Origin: Antedon mediterranea
Lineage: Eukaryota; Animalia; Echinodermata
DNA length: 64,000 nucleotides
Direction of reading: 5' to 3'
NCBI RefSeq assembly: GCF_964355755.1
Contig: NC_092679.1
Location: 7,408,201 to 7,472,200, forward strand
Below are positions 39,501 through 50,407 of this stretch, one piece after another (within the stretch, counting starts at the first letter, position 1; each line of letters starts with the position of its first letter). The notes under the pieces are model-generated. The model saw only the letters and a list, made by a program, of their open reading frames with translations, was not told the origin of the DNA and did no database searches. The position numbers and the translations under genes were made by a program.

Positions 39501-42500
39501 CTCTCCAAAGGGTCCTACAATAAGAACACAATTTATGTTTATTAAAATGACACATTTATTTCCCAATGATAACGTTACATATATTTCTTCTTTAATTTGC
39601 AAATGTGCACTTTAAAGAACCTAGTACATCTTTTGAGACGAGTAGGGGGGGTTCCCTGGTGTACTAGTAGTTTACACACAGTAACTGATCATAACAGGGC
39701 CCTCTGGGAAACCAATCTTTATATTACACAATATTATAAAGAAATAATAATAAATAAAAATTGAATGCAATCATTAAATATTTATTATATATGAATGCAA
39801 TATACAAACATTAATATTTAAAATGTACCTCATTAGCTGGTGATGAGTCTACTTTATGTATATCACAAGCAATGTCTGTCTTCCATGCTTCAGTGTCACC
39901 ACAATCACAGTATCCACCTCCGGACGAGCTTGTCATCTGAAATACATACAATAATATATAAACATTCTTTGATGTACAAATTAAATTCTCCTCAGGATGT
40001 AAATCCTGTTTTTATGGATTTAGAAGGCTACACCTTGTATGATACAAAATTGTTCGTATTTGTGTGTATTTGTTATTTTATGGTATCAAAATAAATCAAA
40101 TCCCTAACATTGGTCTAAAGAATAGTGTTGGATACACAATCTTAACTTTTTTTAAATTAGAACAATTTGGTGGTTTTCCTCTACTTGTAGAGGTTTTTAT
40201 AGTTACCAGGTTGTTTACTGACTTAGCCCTAACTTAAACTTTACCATTACAGTATTGTTATGAGGATATCTGAAATAAACACAGCAGCTAATCATTTTGT
40301 GTTTTATTCTGATTTTAAAAGTATAAATGAAAAAAAACCTTTATTTTGTGATAAAAAGCTACTTCTATATGATCCAATATAATGTCAAGTTTGTAAGATG
40401 ATATCGGTACTTACATTTCCAGAGAACTTGACGTTTCGCCTACTAACAGCAAGGCATAATCATAAGTGAATACGTTCTGGTGACGTAGCGGTGACGTTAC
40501 GGTGACACGGTTGAAAGGAGCCATTGTGAAGTTTACCACTTGGTGTTATCCAAGCGGGATGTGCGGGGGTCGGTCTCTTTACGTTTTAGAATGTTATCGT
40601 AAATGTGCAATAGTTCATATGCTCCTTCATCTAATATTCATATTAGATACATATAAGATTACACCCTAATAATATGAATAGAGATGAAGGAGCATATGAA
40701 CTATCGCACATTTACGATAACATTATAAAACGTATAACACCAAGCGGTAAACTTCACAATGGCTCCTTTCAACCGTGTCACCGTAACGTCACCGCTACGT
40801 CACCAGAACGTATTCACTTATGATTATGCCTTGCTGTTAGTAGGCGAAACGTCAAGTTCTCTGGAAATGTAAGTACCGATATCATCTTACAAACTTGACA
40901 TTATATTGGATCATATAGAAGTAACTTTTTATCACATTATATTATCAGATCCAAATGAACTTATTTAACAAACCCTGTATTTGTGATTCTTATGTCTGCT
41001 GTTCTGAAAGCAAGTTACACACAAACAACAAGTAGGATCCATTGCACATTCCCTATGGAAAAACAAATGTAAAGTTACATTATTTTAATTTTATAATACT
41101 TAGAGGAAGGGGAGTGTATCCAGAGTTATTCTACCATAATATAATAATAATGATAAAAAAGACAATAGGAATTGGCTAAAACATTATTGCCTGTTTCTCT
41201 CACAGCAAATTGCTCTCTGAATAAAACAATACATCTTAATATAATAACAGGGTTGTATTATACTACTGTGGAGTAGCTTTGCGTCAGGGAGTTGAGTAAT
41301 TAGTTAGATGTTTTTGCCCTACATCTGACCAATTACTCAACTCCCTGACGCAAAGCTACTCCACAGTAGTTTAATACAATTACAACCCTGTTGGTGCAGT
41401 ACCCGCTGCTTACTTGGGCTCTAATCTAACCACTAGCCATCAGCGCAAGCTCGGTGGTATGAACGCCAGGCTACTGATCTGGAGGTCGTGGGTTCGAGTC
41501 CCACCCCAGAATTACTTAGTATGAAGTACAAATTACGTCAGAGTAGGGCAAAAACATCTGACCAAAACACTATATTATTGACAGCAATAGTGTTTCAAAT
41601 CGTATCTTCTCTATACAAAATTATAGAACTGCAGATTTCAATACCTGCACGAGTAAATAGACTCGCCACACTTGAAGACTTTTCCACACATTTGTGGAGG
41701 TTTACTTTTCTGTTTCAGCTGCTCAAACATAACGTTTGGTTCCCCATTGCAGATGAACCACTCAAGAGGGGTTAAAAGCTCCTCTTTCAGAATCTGATTT
41801 TCTTTTTCATTGTCAAGTTCTCCGGATGTGAAGACTTCTGGAACCATGAATTTCCAGTAGCTGAAAATGGTCTCTTGTAATTCTTCCTCGGTTGTCAGGC
41901 AAAACCGAATTTTCTAATAAAAAAAACAAAGTAGTAATGTTTTGCTTCCCATGTACAACAAGTTCCATTTTCAACATTTATTGGTAGTGTTTTAAGTGAT
42001 TTATAAAGTACTGTTCATAAACGGCAATTGTGCTTGTAAAATTATTATTTTATCAAAATGATCTTCTACTTCTAGAACGAAAGTAATGGCATGGCACCAT
42101 TACATATGACTGTCACTATATTGGTATGCATTGTTCACCGTACCCATAGAAAACACATGTCTTTGATGATAATCATTCATCACAAAAACAAAGGAATTAT
42201 TTGTTAAAACATTTTTTTTATTTTATTCCTTCCAGCAGACAACAGAACACAAAAACAAACATGATGCAAAAAAAAAAAGGAAGTGGAGAGCTGAGGAAAG
42301 GTAAGAGCAGTTATGGATAATGCCAATAAATGGTATGAGGGCAACAGACTCAGTATAAACCTAGAGAAAACAAAAGTTATGTTAATTCGAGGGCAACGTT
42401 CTAGCCCAGATGGTGATATTAATATTTTCTTGGTGGTAAAATGGTAAAAAGCTTGACAATTCTAAGCACACTCGATATCTAGGTGTAGAAATTGACGAAC

Positions 42501-43918
42501 ATTTAACGTGGAACCATCATGTTAGGAATCTGTGTAAGTCACTTGGACACAAAATTACAATTTTTAACAAAGTAAGTAGATTTCTAAACAAAAGCCTTCT
42601 AGAAAAAATATAAGTAAAATATTTAGGTTTAAAAAACAAGCGGCCAGAATAATTACAAAGAACCACGACTTCATAAACAGTAGGGGTGAAAACATAGTTA
42701 AACAATTATCTTGGCAAAGTTTTGAGCAGAGAAGAAATTACTCCCTTGCTACCCTTGTGTATAAGTGTGTTCGTGGTGCTGCACCAGATAGACTTTGTAA
42801 TGAAATCGAGATGGTAATAGACAGACATAGATAACACGAGAGCTTCTGAGACATTAAATGTTGTTCCTCCGATACCAAACACGAATAAAATGAAAGAACA
42901 ATCTGAATCACTGAGGGTAGCAGGGGCAAACATATGGAATAACATACATTGTTACATTCAAAATTCAGTCTCTATTAATGCGTTCAAATCGAGTTATAAA
43001 AACACATTTTTTATCTAGGGAAATACTTTAAAACATTTTAAATCTGTTCAATGTATTTTTTATGTGGTGTATTCTTTTTATGAACATCTTTGTTAACTTG
43101 GATTTTTAATCATAATTTTGTATTTTTAATGTATGGTTCTTAAAGTTTAGTATTATTTTAGACTGTTTAATTTTAACATTTTTACTATTTTAAAGAAACT
43201 ATGTATTATATAATTTTATGAACATCTTTGTTAACTTAGATTTTTAATCATAATTTTGTATTTTTAATGTATGGTTTTCACATTTTAGTATTATTTTAGA
43301 CTGCTTAATTTTAACATTTTTTACTATTTTTAAGAAACGATGTATTATATAATCATGTATGTTGTTAGGTTTTATCCTGGACCTTTTGAAAAACAACAAT
43401 GTCCCCTTTGTGGGACAACGTTGATATTGTCATCCAGTAGAAATATGTTTATAAATAAATAAGCAGTATAATAACCACTATCACCGGGCATGGTGTGCCA
43501 CTCCACTTACAGTACATCAAATAAGTATATTTAATATTACAAATATTAACATTAAAATATAGAAATATGTTTATATACAAAAAAACAAATATTATTATTA
43601 TTGCATTCTATTTCATCATCATATTAAATTATTTTACTGCATACTGCATGATATTGCTAGATCCCCAGTCGCATACATTGGGCAAGGTTTTTTTTAGTTT
43701 TAGGAGACGTAAATGACAACTTAGCGGACTTCTGGGAGGGAGGCTCAAACTCTCTCCTTCTGTGTATGTTTAGTAGGCTACTACACTAGGCCTAGGGCTA
43801 GGCCTAATAAGCCTACCACTACTAGGGCCTAGTACTAGCCTAGGTCTAGGCTAGGCCTAGGCCTAGGCCCTACTAGCTATAGGACTGTACTTACATTAGC
43901 CAAATCTACACGCTCCAT
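15502..43918 (-). CDS. UBR2: E3 ubiquitin-protein ligase UBR1/UBR2 (N-degron N-recognin), ~46 coding exons
   Basis: The probable first exon MERVDLAN is at 43895-43918. The UBR box ([51 protein letters not shown]) lies in exons 41645-41913, 40974-41052 and 39829-39936. The ClpS-like [13 protein letters not shown] is at ~39100. RING pieces [20 protein letters not shown] and EFLCPLCET are at 21.6-22.6 kb. The C-terminus reads [26 protein letters not shown], with the stop at 15502-15504. It is likely the co-orthologue of vertebrate UBR1 and UBR2. Confidence 0.95.
16140..16330 (-). mobile_element. Penelope-like element 3' fragment with a degenerate minimal hammerhead motif
   Basis: Minus strand 16195-16153 reads CTC..TCGAGGA C GATCAA agcata TTGATC GAAAC GTC GAG. 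Confidence 0.55.
17077..17216. mobile_element. PIF/Harbinger MITE, family A
   Basis: agctctgtctacactatcaaact...agtttgatagtgtag. Confidence 0.75.
17871..17978. mobile_element. PIF/Harbinger MITE, family A (internally deleted)
   Basis: TIRs with a TTA/TTA TSD. Confidence 0.75.
19471..19605. mobile_element. PIF/Harbinger MITE, family A (right end truncated)
   Basis: Left TIR and the shared internal gtgatgtgc..atatggtagtgatatg sequence. Confidence 0.7.
22085..22250 (+). mobile_element. SINE fragment with a conserved central domain
   Basis: ctctctccacccaggtgtataaatgggtacc is typical of marine-invertebrate tRNA SINEs. Confidence 0.55.
22969..23140. repeat. 29-bp tandem repeat plus a duplicated exon/intron junction
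   Basis: gtgaattgaacatttgcgttataacttaa occurs ~4 times, and cttactcaacatccat occurs at 23081 and 23125. Confidence 0.9.
24763..26533. repeat. Intronic minisatellite, 34-37-bp unit, ~49 copies
   Basis: atgtactaatcatacctacacactg(agg)gccactact repeats head-to-tail with no unique spacers. Confidence 0.97.
27982..28538. mobile_element. Non-autonomous DNA transposon, Kolobok-like (TTAA flanks)
   Basis: TTAA-AGATGTATTGTCCC on the left and GGGACAATACATC..TCT-TTAA on the right, with a ~20-nt interruption in the right TIR. Confidence 0.55.
28560..28713. repeat. Compound (GTG/GAT)n microsatellite
   Basis: gtggtggttgtgatc repeats, which generate spurious V/I- or T/I-rich ORFs. Confidence 0.9.
29001..31824. 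mobile_element. Tc1/mariner(pogo)-type MITE hosting an expanded minisatellite
   Basis: TA-CAATAGAACCC on the left and GGGTTTTATTG-TA on the right, with ggacac/gtgtcc subterminal motifs. Confidence 0.7.
29002..31724. repeat. Intronic minisatellite, 52-bp unit, ~52 copies
   Basis: aatagaacccatataaagtggacaccttcagRaccctgcaaagggttccctg with period 52 (29002, 29054, ...). Confidence 0.98.
32619..33572. mobile_element. Non-autonomous element with a terminal ~190-bp hairpin and a short inverted repeat pair (Crypton-like architecture)
   Basis: Imperfect palindrome at 32619-32810 centred on cccgaagcgccagctgaggg. ttatattatatagcc (~32808) is inverted relative to ggctatgtaatataa (~33558-33572). Confidence 0.55.
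33650..33788. mobile_element. PIF/Harbinger MITE, family A
   Basis: TIRs with a TAA/TAA TSD. Confidence 0.8.
34533..34660 (+). mobile_element. Degraded tRNA-derived SINE
   Basis: A-box-like tagtctaattagttagga and B-box-like gagtttgaatctc with tRNA-like spacing. Confidence 0.45.
35724..35975. repeat. (ATG/ATA)n microsatellite
   Basis: gatgataat-type runs over ~250 bp. Confidence 0.95.
40347..40936. mobile_element. 5'-truncated Penelope-like element present as an inverted duplication
   Basis: Arms 40347-40632 and 40682-40936 are reverse complements. The + strand at ~40650-40730 encodes [26 protein letters not shown] (Penelope GIY-YIG C-terminus), followed by a hammerhead-like motif. Confidence 0.85.
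40816..40857 (+). ncRNA. Minimal type-I hammerhead-like ribozyme of the Penelope element (variant core AUGAUUA); mirror copy at 40426-40467 on the minus strand
   Basis: actt-ATGATTA-T-GCCT(tgctgttagt)AGGC-GAAAC-GTC-aagt, with stems I and II intact and the GUC cleavage triplet. Confidence 0.55.
41246..41392. repeat. ~145-bp near-perfect hairpin made from a SINE tail
   Basis: aacagggttgt..actactgtggagtagctttgcgtcagggagttgagtaatt and its reverse complement flank a short loop. Confidence 0.85.
41437..41565 (+). mobile_element. tRNA-derived SINE head
   Basis: agctcggtggta A-box and GGTTCGAGTCC B-box. The downstream tagggcaaaaacatct matches, inverted, the centre of the adjacent hairpin. Confidence 0.65.
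42296..43462 (+). mobile_element. CR1/L2-clade LINE 3' fragment (RT C-terminal region, 3'UTR) in UBR intron 1
   Basis: [47 protein letters not shown] and [17 protein letters not shown] with frameshifts. There is a ~140-bp tandem duplication in the 3'UTR and an aataaataa tail. Confidence 0.85.
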
Positions 43919-43919
43919 G

Positions 43920-44110
43920 ACAGGTTTTATTTCCTATTTACTAATACAAGAAAAGCTTATATGTTTATTTTGTTCTGGTCTAACTAGGCCTAGGTAGGCC
44001 TATGCCCTAGTTATCAAAAACTATTTTATTTTTTTTTGCTCCGTCATTTCCTTCCTTCCGAGGTCGAGCGAAAAAGAGAGAGCCATATTTTGGAGTGACG
44101 TAATAGAATA
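43920..44110 (-). promoter_or_regulatory. Probable UBR1/2 5'UTR/promoter region
   Basis: It lies directly upstream of the first coding exon, with a YY1-like GCCATATTT (~44082) and a CRE-like TGACGTAA (~44096). Confidence 0.35.
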
Positions 44111-46724
44111 TACGTATGGACAGCAAGTCATGCATTATGTCTGATCATGATGGAAATGCCTACTTATATTATTAGTAGTTTTTTTATTCACTGGCTACAG
44201 TGTCTCCATTTTAAAGGGAAACACAACGTTTATAAATTACAACTTTATTTTAGAATTTACGTTATCATAAAAGTATTTGAAACTGTTAGAAAGAGGAAAC
44301 AGTTACAGTAAATAAAGTATAAATATATAAGATAGAGTAGATCACCGACGTTAGTTTTCGGATGATACTTTCAGTTCATTCACAGTACAGGATAGCAAAT
44401 GGTAAATGTTCTGAAATCAATTTATATTATATTATAATAAGAACATTATATTATTACGCAATTAGGGGTCTGTAAAAATTATTTACTTTTTTAATTTTGG
44501 TTGTCTACGGAAAAGCAAGCATGATAATGTGAGCTAGCTACAGTGATGTTAATGGCTTTGGCTTTCTCCTTGTTTCTGCAGCCAAAACAAAATTATCGGT
44601 TATTGTTATCGTTTAATATCGGTTAATTTTTGGCTATGGAAACACGGCATTAATGTTTTGTGATTGAAAAAATGACACCGATTTTATAGTGCGCCCCCTT
44701 TCTTGTAAACATTTTAATACAGGTAACGTATGTAGGCCTACTACGGCTGTACTGCTGTACTGCGCTTATTAACAATAAAAAATAACAATCAAGCAAATTA
44801 AGGAAAATATAAGTAACAGAGGTAATTTCAAGATGTGACAACGGTCATTGTGAAAGACGGGACTGTGATCATGTTTATAATACAATTGGTTGTCTTGTAT
44901 TAACTGACAAACGTAAAATTGTGAGGTTATGATAGTAACACAAACTATTCATAGTGATACAGTTAGTAACTGTATCACTATGAATAGTTGTTGTGGAAGT
45001 GATGGTTCGTTATGTTTGGTTTCCACTAGGACGCACCGCAAGGACATACGTACGTAAAAGCAACGAAAGCAAGTAGACACCAAAGCGACATTCTGTAGTC
45101 CCGCGCTTGTGATTGGTCAAATTACATGCGTGGCGATTACGTACGTCCTTCTTCTTGTGTGCTGCGTGTTTCTAAATTACTGCCCATATCTTTTCGGAGC
45201 GTTGGCACGATTATCTGTCGGTAGGACTTTGACAAGACGTCTCGTCGGGCATCGTCGTACGACGCTGTCTGAGTTGTCCTTTAGACGTTGAGTCTTTGAA
45301 ATTCTGAAATATGAATATTAAAACGACGTACGAGTGAAATTTCCCAAGAACATGAAAACTCGTCGTGATATGATAGGCTAGTTCTCCGCAAAATCAAACA
45401 TTGAATGGATCATTTATTATGCGGAGAAAATTTGATTTAATTCCCACCCAGACCCTGTCCTGTTCTGTGTGGTGGTGTAGCCCTGTGGTGGTATGTACCT
45501 TATTGGCGTTTTATTTGGAAGGTCATACGTACGAGTTGAGTAGCCCTACGAACCCGCCTACGAAGGAGGCCTAGGCCAGAACAATTAATAAACAAAACAA
45601 CTTGGCAACACGATTTTATATTTCAACAGTTGTTCAGTCTCGATCGTACATTCAGCACACTGTACGTACGTACTCGATCTTTTTCATTTTGAAACAAAAT
45701 GATCATTGGTTGATTCGAAATCCATATTTACATACCGCCCGCCCCATATAGCCAAATACGGTATGAACCTACGTCATTCTTATCGGATGTTTGCGGTTTG
45801 CAAATCGATTTCTATACGTATTTCACAAGTCTGTATTTTCAGACAAAAATCGCGGTCGAAATAAAAACAAATAAATAAAAAAAAACAATAAATACAGACT
45901 TGGGGCAAGTCTATGATGATACGAGAGTCGGGTAGGCCTACAAAATGCCCAACGCATCCCATGATTGAGATGTAACCTGGCGCACGTCAACAATGCCATC
46001 ACGTGGGTTTGCCATAGACGCAACGCAAAAGCGTTTATGAGACTCTAATTAAAAAATATCTCTGAATAATTATGGTGATAATCAATGGGCACACAGCTCG
46101 ACGTGATTTGATCGGATTTCGATTTTGTCAAACACAATATCACAACAAAACACATGCTTTGTTAATTCTATTAAATATAATTTATGTTTTTGGCAGAAGA
46201 ATGGTTGACACCACAAATCTTCCTGACAGTCAAGATTCAATATTCAGCAGCAATATCGTTGTAAACTTGTTTAAGCTGGAATGAAAAAAAAAATAACTTG
46301 GAGGCGTTAATTCGTTTGAAATGTCATATCGCATGTTCCTCTTTACATCGTTATGTAAGCCTAGTGATATTTGTCATGTTATGTAATTGTCTTGGTAGCT
46401 TTATCTCACGAACTCAACAGCATGGGTCGAGCGTGAAGTTGTTCCAATTACGTCACGCATCCGATGTAGCAGTGACACAATTTAAAACTCCTCCCATCAA
46501 TACCATATTTGGAATATCAATTCGCGCTTCATGACAGCTATTCAAACAAACTCTGCAATAAATATCTTTCTCGATGAACGAACAAGTCATAACACACTTA
46601 CTACTACCGAAAGCACGACAGCTCAATGTTTTCGTTGATTTCCGGAAAATATCGGATAGACTTTAAAAAATCATTTTTGTGATTTGGACTTCTTTTAATA
46701 ATTGTTTTTAAAGTGAAATTCAGT

Positions 46725-49700
46725 ATGTATACTTCTGCATTGTTTGGTTCAACGTGGGCTCAGTTTGTTTTGGTTTTCACAACAGTCATTTTAGCAGCAA
46801 TTGTCATAGTGCAGCGATGGAGTAAAACACGAACAGATAATTTACCCCCGGGTCCGTGGGGATTGCCGTTTCTTGGAAACGTCTTGAGCATTGGTAAAAA
46901 TCCGCACTTAACTTTTATGGAGATGGCAAAAGTTTATGGTGACGTCTTTTGTGTAAAAATGGGCAGCCAGCGAGTTACAGTTTTAAACGGAGCTGAAGTT
47001 ATTCGGGAAGCGTTAGTAAAACAGGCACGGGTGTTTGAGGGTAGACCGCATTTGGCACTGACAAACATGCTTACAGATGGACAAGGTTGGTTAATTATTT
47101 TTTTTTCATGACTAACTGTAGTAGGCCTAGTAGAAATTAGGCCCAACTCCGTAAGTATTAAGTAAACATGTACTTTGTTAGCACCCACCCACCCACCCGC
47201 CTCAAAATGTTATAAATATAGTTAACATGGAACTAAAAATGCAGTTTCAAAAAACCGCAAGGTCAAAATATGTACGGAACTAATTATTACCTTTAGTACG
47301 CATAAATCGGAAATAAAACGAAAATAATTATGCAATGTATCTGCAAAGGGTTCGGTATGATGACGTATAGGGAAATCCCAGATAACTAATAGTAATAATA
47401 ATATAGTTTCCTGCCCTGCAGCTCATACCGGAACACATTATTTTTGTTAAGACGTATACGCGTTTGCACATTATACATGTTATTTTAAAAATGTTAAATG
47501 TTTACATTTAAAATGTTTTTAACGTTTGGTCGTCTTTTTTGATGTAGTGGAAACGAATTACATTGCTTATTTCTATCTTAGACCTACTTGCTTATTTATT
47601 TAGAAAAGCTATAAGTTTGTTTTGGTTTTATTTAATGATGCGGATGTATATATGTTGATTTCCTTGCTTGGGCGGATATGGAAAGGAGATCCGTATTCCA
47701 GGGGCTACGAGAAGGTACATTATATACGCTTCATCAAGTCTTAGGTTTGAAGGAACTAAATATGAATAATGTTCTTTACAGGAACAAAATTAGTTCAGAT
47801 GAAGAAACATTGTAAACATACGTGAAATGACACTAACAATTAAATTCAAACAATATAATAAGAAAGTTATAAAGAAGTTACCTAAAAGCAACAGACAGAG
47901 ATAAGGTTTTAAAATCAACGTCAGCATGTTTGATACGTCATCATCATATCTCAAACGTAAATAGAATATTACTCGGGTTGTATGTAGAGCAAATATGGAC
48001 CCTAGATGTTCTGCTGTCGGCATGCCTGGATGGACCACCTTTGTGAAAAACTTCACCGTAGAAATATTAACGAGTGAAGCCGTTGGTATGAGAATCAAAA
48101 CTACTTTGCAAATCAAATTATCATGTGAACGAAACAATACACAATACGAATGTGTCACATATAACTCGCTTTGAACGTCAAAAACTGTTTTATAGAATTT
48201 TACGATTGTGCATAAACCGAGTCTATGAAGAATTGCGTCTCGGTCGATATCAACGGTTGTAGTTATATATTTGGTTATATTTTTTGCAACGTCACATTTT
48301 TAAATAATAGTCGGTATTATTTTATTGATACAAATTATACGTGATGGATATATATCGATAGGCTGTGGTATTGATATTATTTGTGTGCGTGCACAATAAT
48401 GTAAAAATCGTGACTGAGTCAATTTCCCAAAATTATTTTTTAATTTTCGTCTTTGGAGACCGCAAATCTCTGGACCGTGTTCGATTATACGTAATGATTC
48501 GGATACTAATTACGATATTTTGGTAAATTTCATTTCCTGTTTATTAATGATTGATTATATCATACATAAACTACACGTACACATTACCTGTGGTAATATA
48601 ACAACCTGAAAGATTAAAGCTAACACTTCTGGTTAGGTTCAATATAAAGATAATATGTTTAGGGGAAGGGACGGGTTGTCAAATGAACATTAACCTTAGC
48701 AATAGTAATCATTATTAAAATACATTATTTTGTGTTCTTTTTAAAGGTATTGTCACTGCTGACTGTTGTCCGAAATGGAAAGAGCAGAGACGGTTTACGT
48801 TACAAGTTCTCCGTAATCTCGGAGGAGGAAAGAGCAACCTTGAAGCTAAAATGATGGAAGAAATCGGTTACTTATTGTCTGCAATGAAAGACAAGGGCAG
48901 TAATAGCTTCAACATGGACCACTTTCTAGAAATAAGTGTTTCCAATGTCATCTGCAACGTCTGTTTTGGTCGAAGATTCGCTTACAATGAGGCTTCTTTC
49001 CAACTTCTGGTTGATTCCATTTACAGATTCTCTGAGATTGGCACAACTGCAGCAGCCGTGAACTTCTTTCCTTTCCTACGACACTTCCCGACGCCAGAAC
49101 TGAAAGAAGTATTTCAGATCGATAACGCGATGCGAAAGTTTCTTCATGGTATGATCCATGAGCACAAGCAAACGTACGATCCAGAATTGAAGAGAGATTT
49201 TATTGACGCGTATTTGGAAGAGATCAAACGAAGAGAAGCCGAGTGTCCAGATCAACAAAACTTTTTCAATGAAAAATATCTCTTTCATATAATTAATGAC
49301 TTAATTTTTGCTGGAACCGAAACAATGAGTTCTACACTCAGATGGGCACTTCTCTATATGATAGTTTTCCAAGACGTCCAAGCTAAAGTTCAGGAAGAAT
49401 TAGATACCGTATGTAATGGTTCAGTACCATCATTAAAACATAGATCAAAACTTCCATATACAGAGGCAACCTTGATGGAGATACAGAGGATGGCAAACAT
49501 CACGGCATTGTCTTACCCTCACAAGACGACAGAATCTACTGAACTTTGTGGCTACAACATCCCAGCTGGTGAAACTATTTTTGTTAATTTGTACTCTGTT
49601 CACGTTGATCCAAAATGTTGGAAAGATCCAGAAGTGTTTAGGCCAGAAAGGTTCCTTGATGCCGATGGCAACGTGGTCACTTCTCAGCCGGGTCTAATGC

Positions 49701-50285
49701 CATTTTCAGCAGGTAGGTCTTTAACATTAGCGAAGATTTCGTTGAGTAAAAAGTTCATTACTAGCATGCTCATATTTTTATGAACGTGCGCAAAATACTA
49801 GACGGTATGGAGAATTGACCTGTTTTTCTGCGATAAAAGAAATCAATTATAAATGGAAAAAAATGTAATTGAATTAATCGGTTGGTTTATTAAACTAAAT
49901 TAGACAAAGCGGTTTTCTTTATGATTCATTATCACTGTCTCATTTGATGCCTTAGTAACATAACGAAGAAAACAAATTAGACGCGCGCGTACCATTTTCA
50001 TCAATAATTGAACGTGCATTTGTCTTGCCATTATGTCACATGAAATAAATATGTAATATTACTAAACTCTGTATCATATTATAATGATTGCTTTGTTTGT
50101 TTTCAGGTCGTCGTGGATGTCCGGGGGAATCGTTAGCTCGTATGGAACTTTATCTTTTCTTCACCAGCTTGTTCCACACCTTCAAAATTTCGTCATCACC
50201 GGACAATCCATCACCAAGCATAGATAAACACTATGGAATTAGCCTCAACCCCAGTCCATTCAACGTCTGTGTCTCAGAACGATGA
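46725..50285 (+). CDS. Cytochrome P450, clan 2 (CYP2U1/CYP2J-like), ~501 aa. Exons: 46725-47085, 48747-49712, 50107-50285
   Basis: N-terminal TM anchor, PPGPWGLPFLGN, WKEQRRF, AGTET (I helix), EIQR, PERF and the heme motif PFSAGRRGCPGE. The exons total 1506 nt, in frame. Confidence 0.95.
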
Positions 50286-50375
50286 AACTTTATATAAACT
50301 GCTCCACATTGGAAGAGCCGAGATAAATTAAAACTATTATCATTCTTGCCACTTTGGCGTGCCATATGTTTAGAC

Positions 50376-50407
50376 CATGGAGGAATTATTTAAATAATTC
50401 CTCCATG
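50376..50407. mobile_element. Perfect 32-bp palindrome, probable P-superfamily transposon excision footprint
   Basis: CATGGAGGAATTATTT-AAATAATTCCTCCATG (16+16). Confidence 0.5.

Noticed and set aside
41437-41510. Functional tRNA gene
   Set aside because: A/B boxes are present, but I could not form a proper acceptor stem and there is no adjacent poly-T terminator. It continues into SINE body sequence.
3689-50285. Functional gene cluster linking OvoA, macrodomain, UBR and CYP
   Set aside because: Adjacent animal genes with mixed orientation and no shared pathway evidence. Synteny or co-expression data would be needed.
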